DNA from: an uncultured archaeon
GTDB taxonomy: Archaea > Thermoproteota > Bathyarchaeia > Bathyarchaeales > Bathycorpusculaceae
Length of the DNA stretch: 64,000 bases
Reading direction: 5' to 3'
Assembly (NCBI GenBank): GCA_963782915.1
Contig: CAWALK010000025.1
Location: forward strand, 75,704-139,703
Made by a program: the position numbers and the translations under genes. Under the pieces are notes generated by a model. That model saw nothing but the letters and a program-made list of their open reading frames with translations, did no database searches and was not told where the DNA came from. Shown piece after piece: positions 43,921-53,710 of this stretch; within the stretch, counting starts at the first letter, position 1, and each line of letters opens with the position of its first letter.

Positions 43921-44053
43921 AAAAGGTTTAAGCGAACGGTATTAACATTGGGTTTCCCAAAAAATGTATCTTCGGGCATTATTGTTTCTGCAGCACTATA
44001 AGTATTTAGCATTTGCTAAACATGCAATATTTACAATGGATTATCGCACATTC

Positions 44054-44098
44054 GACCCCTAAATCTCCTTTTCCCCTGTAGTAGATAATAGGTGACTT
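44054..44098 (+). repeat. Repeat family B, copy 3
   Basis: GACCCCTAAATCTCCTTTTCCCC...GACTT. Confidence 0.75.
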
Positions 44099-44109
44099 GA
44101 GGTCGATTT

Positions 44110-44166
44110 AGTCAAGAAACTTTAACTTGTGTTAGTCAAGAGATGTGTACAAGAAACCTTTTATTT
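44110..44166 (+). promoter_or_regulatory. Conserved operator array plus BRE/TATA
   Basis: AGTCAA-N6-TTAACT-N6-AGTCAA-N6-TGTACA-AGAAACC-TTTTATTT. Confidence 0.7.
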
Positions 44167-44196
44167 GTAACATTTAAGCAAGAGTATGATGGAACG

Positions 44197-45291
44197 ATGA
44201 AAAGAAAAACTATTTCATTGGCGCTAATCGCGTTGCTTTCCTTCTGGACTTTAGCGTCTTTAACGCTTGATTGCCTAAGTACAGCTAATCCCTATATCCA
44301 ATCGTTACCTCAAGCGCTCGCAACGGAACACGCCTACATAAGGGCTAATGGCACAATAGAACCCTCTACTCTACCTATTCAGCGGGAAGGTAACTTCTAC
44401 AAGTTAACTGATAACATCCTAAACTACACTTTTGATGTACAACGGGACAACATAGTGATTGATGGAAACAACTTTACCTTATCACTGCCTTCCTACGGAG
44501 AAATAGACGGTAACCATAATGTAAAAATTCCTTCAGCGATCTTCTCAATCTTCAACGGAACTAACATAGTTCTAGTAAATCTTAATCTATCAATGTATTC
44601 CTATGCAGTCGAAATCCAGAACTCCTCAAACATCTTAATCCTTCGAAACAATATCATAAACGGCAACAATGGCATTTACATGCAAAACAGCGCCAACTGT
44701 AGCATAGTAGCCAATCAAATAATCAACAATCCCCTTCACGCATTATTCATTCGAGATTGCTTATCATTCAACGTTTCCTATAATACAATCTCTGGCAGCA
44801 AAGACGCTGGAATAATGGTCGACCGAGTGTTTCAACCAGTGGATGATTCTCAAGTCTCCGTCTTTGTAAGAAACACTTTCTCTGATTACCCCGCCGATAT
44901 TTTCTTTAAAGGTCAACATACGAACAATTTAATCTTTGAAAATAACTTCTTTGGCGGCGGCATCAACTTCTGTGGGGTTGATTGTACAGGCAATTCAGTA
45001 CATGATAATTACTGGAAAGACAACCAAACCAAAATATTGAACTATACCAGTCACGAACAAGACCCTTCGCCACTTGCAAACCCAATTTCAACCGAGTTCA
45101 ACGGTTCACTTTTCAACTTACCCTCTTCTGTGCAGTCTCCTATACCCACTTCAACCGCTGATCCATCTGGTGTATACTTTTTGGTTGTTGGAACCTTCCT
45201 TGTTATTGTGGTAACTTTAATCCCGATTCTGTTTTATAGAGGAAAACCCCAAGCATTAAACGAGTTTAAGTTTGAGACGAATATTTTATAG
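44197..45291 (+). CDS. NosD-like parallel beta-helix surface protein
   Basis: ANP..YIRANGTIEP..PIQREGN.Y.LT..DNIVIDGN, NYW, C-terminal TM. Confidence 0.85.
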   Translation: MKRKTISLALIALLSFWTLASLTLDCLSTANPYIQSLPQALATEHAYIRANGTIEPSTLPIQREGNFYKLTDNILNYTFDVQRDNIVIDGNNFTLSLPSYGEIDGNHNVKIPSAIFSIFNGTNIVLVNLNLSMYSYAVEIQNSSNILILRNNIINGNNGIYMQNSANCSIVANQIINNPLHALFIRDCLSFNVSYNTISGSKDAGIMVDRVFQPVDDSQVSVFVRNTFSDYPADIFFKGQHTNNLIFENNFFGGGINFCGVDCTGNSVHDNYWKDNQTKILNYTSHEQDPSPLANPISTEFNGSLFNLPSSVQSPIPTSTADPSGVYFLVVGTFLVIVVTLIPILFYRGKPQALNEFKFETNIL

Positions 45292-45688
45292 TTAACAGCG
45301 GCTTCCATTCTTCCTCTTTAACGGTTTTCTTTAAGCGAGCTATATTTTCCTCTATTTTTGCTATAATTTCTCTTCTTAGCGCTTCATCCGAAAAATAGGG
45401 TTTGATTAACCCTATGTCTTCTGCTAATTCAGAATCGCACAATAATGTTCTCATCCATCTCTGAAAGTCTCCGCGCTCAAAATGGAACCTGACGGAGCCA
45501 AGGTTGATTGAGCCCATTTTTTCGGCAAGGTCTTGGAGGCTCACCGCCGTCACTCCAGTGTAGTCTCCGATTGCTGTGTAAAAATGAAAGCCGCAATCAT
45601 AGTTAACTGTGCTTAGTGCTCGGCGTGCTTTGGCAACTTCGGTTGATTGCGGTTTTTCCACTGAGGCACTTTGGGTCATAATTAACAC
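45266..45688 (-). CDS. DUF5752-like protein
   Basis: FHFYTAIGDYTG.TA.SL..L...SVRFHFERGDFQRW. Confidence 0.75.
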   Translation of the reverse strand: MLIMTQSASVEKPQSTEVAKARRALSTVNYDCGFHFYTAIGDYTGVTAVSLQDLAEKMGSINLGSVRFHFERGDFQRWMRTLLCDSELAEDIGLIKPYFSDEALRREIIAKIEENIARLKKTVKEEEWKPLLTIKYSSQT

Positions 45689-45778
45689 TCGATAAAATCT
45701 TCGTTACTATCTCTATATCCCTTTGTGATTACAGCAGACTGTTACAGAATTAGTTGTGTGCATTAATAGGCGTCCCTC

Positions 45779-45823
45779 GACCCCTAAATTCCCTTTTCCC
45801 TACCTAGAGAACACAGGGGACTT
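45779..45823 (+). repeat. Repeat family B, copy 4
   Basis: GACCCCTAAATTCCCTTTTCCCTACCTAGAGAACACAGGGGACTT. Confidence 0.8.
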
Positions 45824-46186
45824 ACAGAGCCCATAGAACACGTTTGGCACCTTCCTCGCACCTAAGGGTTTTGTTTTTGCACCACATACCAACAGACCAC
45901 CCTCACTTCGCGCGCGTTGTCATCCCTCATGCTCCTCAGGAAAACCAGGGAAAGAAAAGGGTCAGTTGACACTCAAACATACATTGACAGTTTTCGAAAA
46001 TGCAAAATACAGGATAACAGATAAAAAATGCTTAGAAAGCGCTAAAGGATTGTTAGTTAACAGTTGATACAAGCTTTATAATGTTGAATGCTATTCAATT
46101 ATTCAGGTAGTAAATTTAATTTTTGCCCCACATATGTGTAAATTTTTTTTATTCTCAGGATTCCCATAGGGGGTGAACAAGGAAAA

Positions 46187-46714
46187 ATGGTAAAACCTGT
46201 TTATGTATATTCAAATCACGTGACTTTTCCCGCAATATGCCCTAATTGCTTAGAAGGAACTGATTTAACAACTTACAAGCAAAGGGAAGAGAAACACAAG
46301 AGAGGTTCAAAGACTGCCCGTATAGTCGATGAGATTCCCATATGTAAAGCCTGCAAAAGAAAGTTGATGAATTCAGAGAGGAAGAAAAATGCATCAGCTT
46401 TTTTGATATTTGCACCGATATTCTGGGGGTTGTTGTATATTATTGTCGGCGTTCCCGCTATCTCAAATCCCGTTTGGAATACAGTCTTGACGGCAGGTTC
46501 ACAAGGCTATAGTATTTGGTTATTGCTTCTGGTATTTGTTCTATTATTTTTAGCAGCGTTGCCTTTACTCCTTCTCTGGTACACTATAGAACCGTCTAAG
46601 CAAGTTAGTTGGCCAGTAAAACTTGAAGGCACCCATACTCTTTATTTCGTCAACGAAACCTACGCTGATTTATTTAAGACTGCAAATAATGCGCAAGTTA
46701 ACATAGTACGCTAA
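46187..46714 (+). CDS. Membrane protein with N-terminal CxxC...CxxC
   Basis: FPAICPNC...IPICKAC then two TM helices. Confidence 0.7.
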   Translation: MVKPVYVYSNHVTFPAICPNCLEGTDLTTYKQREEKHKRGSKTARIVDEIPICKACKRKLMNSERKKNASAFLIFAPIFWGLLYIIVGVPAISNPVWNTVLTAGSQGYSIWLLLLVFVLLFLAALPLLLLWYTIEPSKQVSWPVKLEGTHTLYFVNETYADLFKTANNAQVNIVR

Positions 46715-46851
46715 TGTAGGTAGGCAATATATCGCACCCTTTTCTTACCCAAAGCTCTGTTTTTTGCAGAGTAGTCCGAACAAAGGTCAATAGTTCACAA
46801 AAAATTTATTTAAAAAAGAATAATTTTCGTATAATTATGTGAGGTGAACAA

Positions 46852-47220
46852 TTGAAGAAAGCAGTAGGTGAAATATTGGTCAAAGGCCTTTCAGTAGATG
46901 TTTCAAAAAATATACAAAATTGCATGTGGTCACATAAGATGGGACACGTTTGTGTCGAAGAAATCACAGACTCGCAAAATAAAATAAGGCTTACTGGACA
47001 ACATGGAATAAGCATGTCCTCATATGGCGAAAACCTCACAGTTGAAATAACTGAAATTGGAGACGGGTATAGTGCAGTTCAATGTGAGTCTAAATCAATT
47101 ATCCTGACCACATTATTTGATTATGGACAAAACAAGAAGAATGTTGAAGTCATATTTCATGAGCTAAATAAGGAATTCAAAGACATCTCGCACATGCAAG
47201 TTGAAGAAAGTCGATTTTGA
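46852..47220 (+). CDS. Hypothetical protein
   Basis: GAGGTGA SD; S.SSYGE.LTV..FDYGQNKKNV motif. Confidence 0.7.
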   Translation: MKKAVGEILVKGLSVDVSKNIQNCMWSHKMGHVCVEEITDSQNKIRLTGQHGISMSSYGENLTVEITEIGDGYSAVQCESKSIILTTLFDYGQNKKNVEVIFHELNKEFKDISHMQVEESRF

Positions 47221-47396
47221 GTCTTGTTAATAGCTGATTCAGTTTCTTTGTTAGCTTTTGATTATTTCTTTCTAGCTATTCTTTTGCTATGTTGCTTATA
47301 ACAACTGATAAGATTCAATGCTAAAAAGGGCAGACTCTAAAAGCTTATGACTAGCCTGTGACAATAGAAATTAGGGATAAATGTCTCCGAAAAATT

Positions 47397-47432
47397 ACTT
47401 TGCCCTAAGGCTGGGAAGGCGACATCATCCCT
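47397..47432 (+). repeat. Repeat family D, copy 2
   Basis: 34/36 identical to the reverse complement of 31584-31619. Confidence 0.85.
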
Positions 47433-47629
47433 CGACAAATAAGCAGTCGCCAAAAAAACACTGGTTACAACAAATTATTCGGAACTCTATCAGTCGCTTA
47501 ACGTTATTTCAACTATTTTCGTTGCTACCGCGGAACCTTTACTCAAATAACACTTATGGGTAGGGGTTGCTTGTTAGTTTTGCTGGGTGATTTGGGCTGC
47601 TGGATGGTGAGGAGTATCGGGCTAAGCTT

Positions 47630-48115
47630 GTGAGGGAGGCGCTCAAAAGAGCCAGCCACGACGAGAAACAGAAGTACATCCAGATTTTGCAGCGGAAATC
47701 GGAAATTTCGCAGAGGCTGCAGGAGATTTGTGCAGCGCAGGAAGCGCTAAATGAAGAGGATAAGCTGAATGTTTTTCCAGAAAAGCCCAGCAGCAGTCGT
47801 GCACCTGATAAGGGCCCAAATAGAACGTTGGGTCGGTCAAGTCGGGATCCGCTGGCTCGCGGTCGGCAAGAAACCGCGGATTATGTTGCCAAACGCAAAC
47901 AGTACACTGATGCGCTTGCAGTCTACCGCACCAAAAACTCTGCTATTCTCTCTGAGCGAATGAAATTGATGCAGGAATTCTTGGAGTTAAAGGCGGAGTC
48001 GGATGCGCTTGGGGAGGCGGAGAAGTGGCTGCTGCTTTCAATGGCGATAAGAAACCAGTCGAGCCTTTTGGGTTTTATGCAAGTCAGTGAAGTCAGTGAT
48101 GAAAAAACAGAGTAA
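47630..48115 (+). CDS. Hypothetical coiled-coil protein
   Basis: Open frame with helical composition; start uncertain. Confidence 0.45.
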   Translation: MREALKRASHDEKQKYIQILQRKSEISQRLQEICAAQEALNEEDKLNVFPEKPSSSRAPDKGPNRTLGRSSRDPLARGRQETADYVAKRKQYTDALAVYRTKNSAILSERMKLMQEFLELKAESDALGEAEKWLLLSMAIRNQSSLLGFMQVSEVSDEKTE

Positions 48116-48250
48116 AAAACGATCTGCTCTGAAAATAGGTAGTGTTTCCTATCTAATTGGGTCCTATTATTCAATGTAGGCAGAAAACCCTAGTTGAGGA
48201 GATAAGGGGCTAATGGCTAAACCGCTTTTAAACCATGTTGACTTTTTACG

Positions 48251-48420
48251 CTTTATATAAGGGAGGGGGTAGGTGCTCTGAGGTAGGTAGGTCCTGTTAA
48301 GTCTGAAACTGTATCTGCTTGCGGGAAACGCTGCAACTAACCTGCAACCCAAACCAAACGCATTGCTCAATAAAGTCCGTTGGTTGTTGTAGTGTATAGG
48401 GGATTTTCGCCAACAACAAC
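48251..48420 (-). repeat. Dispersed modular repeat
   Basis: Reverse complement aligns with 61656-61850 and ends in GGACCTACCTACCTCAGAG..CCCCTCCCTTATATAAAG as in 4989-5256. Confidence 0.8.
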
Positions 48421-48528
48421 TATAGAAAAGCAAAGTGGCACCAACAAATTTCAAGAATCGCATGTTTTCGAAACCACAGCCCTTTAATAGAAAGAACCCC
48501 AACTCCCTAAACACAGGTTGATACCTAA

Positions 48529-48768
48529 ATGAAAGTCGGCGTCTGCGGAATCGCATGCGAAAAATGCCCCAAAATGCAACAAAACACATGCCCAAACGGA
48601 ACCGTCGGCTGCGTAGCACGCGAAAACAAGTTCTGCGCTATCTGCAACTGCGCCCACACCAAAGGCGTCAAACTCTGCTTTGAATGCCCCGAGTTTCCCT
48701 GCGAAACCACCAAGCAAGGCCCCATAAGCTACGGTTACTGCCAGTACCTTGCGGGTAAACAGCAATAG
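48529..48768 (+). CDS. Cys-rich DUF3795-like protein
   Basis: CGIACEKCP..C..C..C.I..CA..KGV..CFEC.EFPC. Confidence 0.75.
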   Translation: MKVGVCGIACEKCPKMQQNTCPNGTVGCVARENKFCAICNCAHTKGVKLCFECPEFPCETTKQGPISYGYCQYLAGKQQ

Positions 48769-48810
48769 TTACTTTTAAGTGGCTCAAGATAAATCTAGAA
48801 TTGAAGACAA

Positions 48811-49738
48811 ATGAGTTCTAGAGAGGTTCTAATCGAAGCAGTAGGCTTGACCAAAAAATATGATGGCTTCACCGCAGTGGACCACATCGATTTCACTAGT
48901 GCATAAGGGGGAATGCGTCGGGTTTTTGGGTCCAAACGGCGCAGGCAAAACCACCACAGTGCGCATGATGTACTGTTTTCTGATACCAACCGAGGGCAAA
49001 CTCACAGTTGCAGGCTTAGATGTGCATACGCAATGCCGCGAAATCAAAGCCTTAGTCGGCGTTGCACCCCAAGAGGACAATTTGGACCCAGACTTCACAG
49101 TCCTCAAAAACCTGACAGTTTACGCACGATACTTTGATATCCCCGCAGAGGAAGCGCTCAAACGGGCAGAGGCGCAACTCAAGTTTTTCCAGCTGGAAGA
49201 GAAACGTGATGTACCCATAATGGCGCTGTCCACGGGCATGAAGCGCAGACTCATTTTTGCAAGGGCACTGCTTAATCAGCCCCAAGTGTTGCTCCTCGAT
49301 GAACCCACAACCGGCTTAGATCCTCAGGCAAGGCATCTTGTGTGGGATGAAGTGCGGCACCTCAAAAAGCAGCAAGTCACCATCATCTTAACCACCCATT
49401 ACATGGATGAAGCCCAAATCCTCTGCGACCGCATCTTAATCGTTGACCACGGCAAAATCATTGAGCAAGGCACCCCAACAGAGCTAATCAAGAAGCATGT
49501 GGGCAGCGAAGTTTTGGAATTGGATAACGACGAAGCCTTGATTCCGGTGCTTAAAAAAGCTTTTCCGGATGCCCGAATCGAGCGATTAGGCGACCGCATG
49601 CAAATCTTCACCGACCAACCCCACGGCGTATTCGAACGCTTCCTTGGCGAACATAAACTCCAAAACGTCACCATCCGCAACGCCAACATCGAAGACGTTT
49701 TCCTAAAATTAACCGGGCGAGGACTGCGTGAAGAATGA
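48811..49738 (+). CDS. ABC transporter ATP-binding protein (NodI-like; frameshift near start)
   Basis: GPNGAGKTT, LSTGMKRR, LLLDEPT. Confidence 0.9.
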
Positions 49739-50586
49739 CCCAACCCAACCTCCGCAAATCCCCCGCACCATTCTCAATCCCCAAATTATCCTATCGGGTA
49801 TGGAAGGTTTGGCGACGAAACTTTGACGTCTTTCTAAAAACTATAAAAGTCAATTTTTTACCTTCACTGTTCGAACCCATACTCTACCTCGCAGCCTTCG
49901 GATTCGCATTAGGCGGCTTCATCCCCAACATCCAAGGGCAACCCTACATCAACTTCATGGCACCCGCATTAGTAGCGATTGCCATCATGAACGGCTCATT
50001 TTTCGAATGCACATTCGCCTCGTTTGTACGCATGTACTTCCAAAAAACCTTCGACGCCATCGTCGCCACACCTGTGAGCGTTGAGGAAGTGGTAGCCGGC
50101 GAACTACTCTGGGGCGCAACCCGCTCAACAATCAACGCCACAATCGTATTAGCTGTTATTATCGGCGCCGGATTCTTCACAGCCACACCGCTGGTTACTT
50201 CGCCGCTGTTTATTTTGGTGCCGCTGATTGCTTTTGTCGGAGGCTTACTGTTCTCCTCAATTGCCATGTGCTTCACAGCTGCCGCGCCAAACATAGATTT
50301 CTTCAATTACCCATCCTTCCTCTTCGTCACGCCCATGCTGTTTCTGTGCGGAACATTCTTCCCCCTGACTTCTTTGCCCATGGCAGCTCAAGGTTTTGCC
50401 CTCATAGCTCTTCCCCTAACGCCCGTTGTAAACGTGACTCGTGGGGTAGTTAGCGGCAGCGTTGAACCCATTTTAGGTTTAGGCACTGAAGCGGTTGTGC
50501 TTATCAGCGTTGGGTTGTTGGCGCTGTTCACAGTTTCATTCTTTATCTTGAGCATTAATTTGATGAAGAAACGCTTAACAGGCTAA
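49735..50586 (+). CDS. ABC-2 type permease (NodJ-like)
   Basis: VWRRN..EP.LYL..G..LG, QKTFDAIVATP. Confidence 0.88.
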   Translation: MTQPNLRKSPAPFSIPKLSYRVWKVWRRNFDVFLKTIKVNFLPSLFEPILYLAAFGFALGGFIPNIQGQPYINFMAPALVAIAIMNGSFFECTFASFVRMYFQKTFDAIVATPVSVEEVVAGELLWGATRSTINATIVLAVIIGAGFFTATPLVTSPLFILVPLIAFVGGLLFSSIAMCFTAAAPNIDFFNYPSFLFVTPMLFLCGTFFPLTSLPMAAQGFALIALPLTPVVNVTRGVVSGSVEPILGLGTEAVVLISVGLLALFTVSFFILSINLMKKRLTG

Positions 50587-51510
50587 ACTGTGACGCCGTT
50601 GGCTTCAGCTGCTAAAAGGTAAAACGCGGCTAAGCCACTCCAACTTCCCCATGCCTCCGCGATTTTTCGGGCTTCAGCTGCTTTAATCGGTTTGCCACCG
50701 CAGTAATAATGCGAGATGACCCTTCTTATGCCGAAGTCGTCGGCGGGTAACACGTCGAGGCGTTGCATGCCCCGAAAGATTGTGAGTTCCGCTGTCCAAA
50801 CGCCGATTCCCTTGATTTCATCCAATTCCTCGATTATTGCTTGCAGGTCTGGGTTATGTTTCATTGCTTCCAAATCCAGTTTGCCCTCGACGATCATTTT
50901 GGCTGCGCCGTAGATGTATTCGGCTTTGCGTTGGCTCAATCCGCAGCTGCGGATGTCGGCTATGCTTGCCTCTGTAAGGTTTTGCGGTGTTGGAAACGCA
51001 TAGTAGGTTGTGCCGTTGAGTTCAAGTTTATCGCCGAATTTTTTGGCTAAGCGTTCTTCGATGGTGCGGGCGACTTTTATGGAGATTTGCTGCTCAACGA
51101 TGGAATCCACGAGTGATTCGAAGGCAGTGGCGGTTGTTGGGTATTTGAATCCGCAGAGTTGGCGGGTTATTTTGTGCATGATGGGGTCGTTTTCCGCTTG
51201 TTTGTAGAAGCGGTTGAGGTCGAAGTTTAGGTTGAAGATGTACTCGATTGTTGCTTGGGCTGCTTTTTTCGTGTCTGGCTGTTATGGGTTGGTTTGAAGC
51301 TAATTCAATACGCAGTTTAGGCTGCTCTACCGTTCCCTCCGAAGCTACCTTTACCAAAACAAGGTTACCTTCGACTCTGAGCACCTGACTAAACATGCCA
51401 TCCGCAAATGTCCGAACCTGCCTGTCAAGCCCCAAAAAAATCTGCGCAGACAAACCCAAACTAAACGGCGCTGACGGTTCAACAGCAAAGGATTCAGTGA
51501 AAGCCATCAT
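50583..51510 (-). CDS. alkA: DNA-3-methyladenine glycosylase AlkA family (frameshift near 51265)
   Basis: FESLVDSIVEQQIS, FPTP, HhH IKGIGVWTAE, PADD. Confidence 0.88.
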
Positions 51511-51603
51511 ATTTCGCCCCAAAGAATACCCTAAACTGCCGCTTGAAGGGTTTAAAGATTTTTAACCCCAAAAACACATAACAAGCCACACAGAGGAAAA
51601 AGC

Positions 51604-52278
51604 ATGCGCATCGTAGTAAGAATCGGCGGAAGCGTCGTAGCCAACCCAATCAACACCGACTTAATGGGCAAATACGCAGACATCATCAAACAAATCAAAG
51701 CAGAAGGACACGAAGTGGCGGTGGTTTTGGGCGGAGGCGCATTGGCGCGGCAGTTTATTGGTTTAGCCAAGGAGCTTGGTTTGGATATGAATGCGCAGGA
51801 TGAAGTAGCCATTTCCTGTTCACGTTTGTTTGCTCAGCTTTTCCTCAAACGCTTGGGCGATGTCGGCTGCGGTAAAGTGGCGGTGTCGCTTGAAGAAGCC
51901 GAAGCTTGCATTGGCGAGGGCAAAATCGCTGTTATGGGCGGGTTGCGTCCTGGAATCACAACCGACACAGTCGCCACCTTGTTAGCTGAAAAGATCCACG
52001 CAGAGTTGCTGCTTAAGGGCAGCGACCAAAACGGCGTCTACAACAAAGACCCAAGAAAATACCCTGACGCAGTCAAATTGGACAAACTATCTTTTGATGA
52101 GTTAGCCAAAGTATTCGAGCACAACGAGCACAAAGCGGGAATTCACCAAATAATTGATCCAGAAGCTGTCAAAGTGCTAAAACGCAACCAAGTTAAAACA
52201 GTTGTTGTCAGCGGGTTTGTACCTGAGAATATGTTGGCGGCGATTCGCGGAGAAAACGTGGGCACAGTCATAAGTTGA
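51604..52278 (+). CDS. pyrH: Uridylate kinase
   Basis: IVVRIGGSV, VLGGGALAR, PGITTD, GVYNKDP, IDPEA. Confidence 0.93.
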   Translation: MRIVVRIGGSVVANPINTDLMGKYADIIKQIKAEGHEVAVVLGGGALARQFIGLAKELGLDMNAQDEVAISCSRLFAQLFLKRLGDVGCGKVAVSLEEAEACIGEGKIAVMGGLRPGITTDTVATLLAEKIHAELLLKGSDQNGVYNKDPRKYPDAVKLDKLSFDELAKVFEHNEHKAGIHQIIDPEAVKVLKRNQVKTVVVSGFVPENMLAAIRGENVGTVIS

Positions 52279-52289
52279 GTTCTGTTGCG

Positions 52290-52557
52290 ATTTTTTTCTC
52301 TATCCCCCTTATTTATAGACTCAACAAGTGCAGGCTCAAAGCCAAATCAGCAATGCATCCATAAGGAGAGAATTGCGTTCAGCAGGCATTTGCTGGTTAA
52401 CCACTGATTATTCGGTACATTTGCAATTTAAGCCTGCTCAGCTTGCGGTGCCCGAGCTTTTGTTGCTCTGCCAAGACCTCCCTATCCCCTATAAAAAGGT
52501 AAAAAGAAGGGACCTACCTACCTACCTCAGAGGTACCTCCCCCTCCCTTATTTAAAG
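52290..52557 (+). repeat. Dispersed ~270-bp intergenic repeat, long copy
   Basis: Highly similar to 4989-5256. Confidence 0.9.
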
Positions 52558-52646
52558 CCCCAAATCCACGTCTAATAGTATCGCAGTAGCAAAAAGCAAC
52601 TTTACTACCCTGTAGCATGAGTTACTGAAAAATCGTTTTTTCGACT

Positions 52647-52952
52647 TTACCGTTTTTTACTCTTCAGCTTCTTTTGCTCATGTTCTAATAAAGTGGAGTC
52701 TGCGGGTCTGTACCAGATATTATCGAAATGAGATCTGAGCGATTGCTGTTGGTTTCTTCGTTTTTTCTCTTTTCTGCTTGCATGTTGATGGCGGTAATTG
52801 GCGTATAATATTGCGATGAGTAGGCTTGTCCATAGTGCTGCAAGGGAAGCTGAAATCCAAAGGACCCCGATGCCCGTTGAAAGGATGACTATGAACGCGA
52901 ATGTGCCGAGTATGAATGTGTTTGCTATGAGTGATTTGGTTTTTGCTTGCAT
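52647..52952 (-). CDS. Small membrane protein
   Basis: Two TM segments and basic tail. Confidence 0.6.
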   Translation of the reverse strand: MQAKTKSLIANTFILGTFAFIVILSTGIGVLWISASLAALWTSLLIAILYANYRHQHASRKEKKRRNQQQSLRSHFDNIWYRPADSTLLEHEQKKLKSKKR

Positions 52953-53042
52953 TTCTTTTCGTTGTTGTTTATGTTTTGGTTGTGTAGTTATGGTTTTGCG
53001 ATTTTTCGGGGGATTTTATGGGTTTGTTTTGGTGTATGTTTA

Positions 53043-53096
53043 AATATCGCATGTGATATCGATGTTGATATCAATAACGATATCAGTAGTGATATG
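53043..53096. promoter_or_regulatory. Tandem GATATC operator array (12-bp period) before the PadR gene
   Basis: AATATC 53043, GATATC 53055/53067/53079, GATATG 53091. Confidence 0.75.
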
Positions 53097-53098
53097 TA

Positions 53099-53710
53099 AT
53101 GGATGATCAAGAAAGAGAAAAAATGAAAGAACTCCGAGAACAAATGCGTGCAGAAAGACACGTCATGTTCCACCGCCACAACTGGCTACGACACAACGCC
53201 ATGGTCCCCAAAGGCTTCCTACGCTACCACGTGCTACAAGCACTCAGCGACAAAGCCATGTCAGGCTCCGAACTCATGGAAGAAATCCAGAAAAGCACAG
53301 GAGGCAACTGGAAACCCAGCCCCGGCTCCATCTACCCCCTCCTAGCATGGCTCCAAGATAACCAGTACATAACAGAGTTACCCCTCGAAAACGGACTCAA
53401 ACGCTATGAATTAACACAAAACGGCAAAGAATTACTCGAAGAACAAACCAAAGCCCGAGAAAAATTCCGCGAAGACACAGGATTCATGACTTCACCATTC
53501 TTTGACAGAAGCCACAGCAACATACCGCAAGAAAAATCAATCCAAATCCGCACAACCATGAAACGACTATTCACCTCATCCGTCAGATTTGGCAAAACAC
53601 TCAGAGAGAACTATTCTGAGAAGGATCTTGACGAAGCACTAAAAATCCTCAACGAAGCAGCCGAAAAAATCGAAGCAATGAACACCAAACTAAAAGGCGA
53701 AAAAGCTTGA
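53099..53710 (+). CDS. PadR family transcriptional regulator
   Basis: PKGFLR..L..L...MSG.E....W.PSPGSIYPLL..L. Confidence 0.92.
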   Translation: MDDQEREKMKELREQMRAERHVMFHRHNWLRHNAMVPKGFLRYHVLQALSDKAMSGSELMEEIQKSTGGNWKPSPGSIYPLLAWLQDNQYITELPLENGLKRYELTQNGKELLEEQTKAREKFREDTGFMTSPFFDRSHSNIPQEKSIQIRTTMKRLFTSSVRFGKTLRENYSEKDLDEALKILNEAAEKIEAMNTKLKGEKA

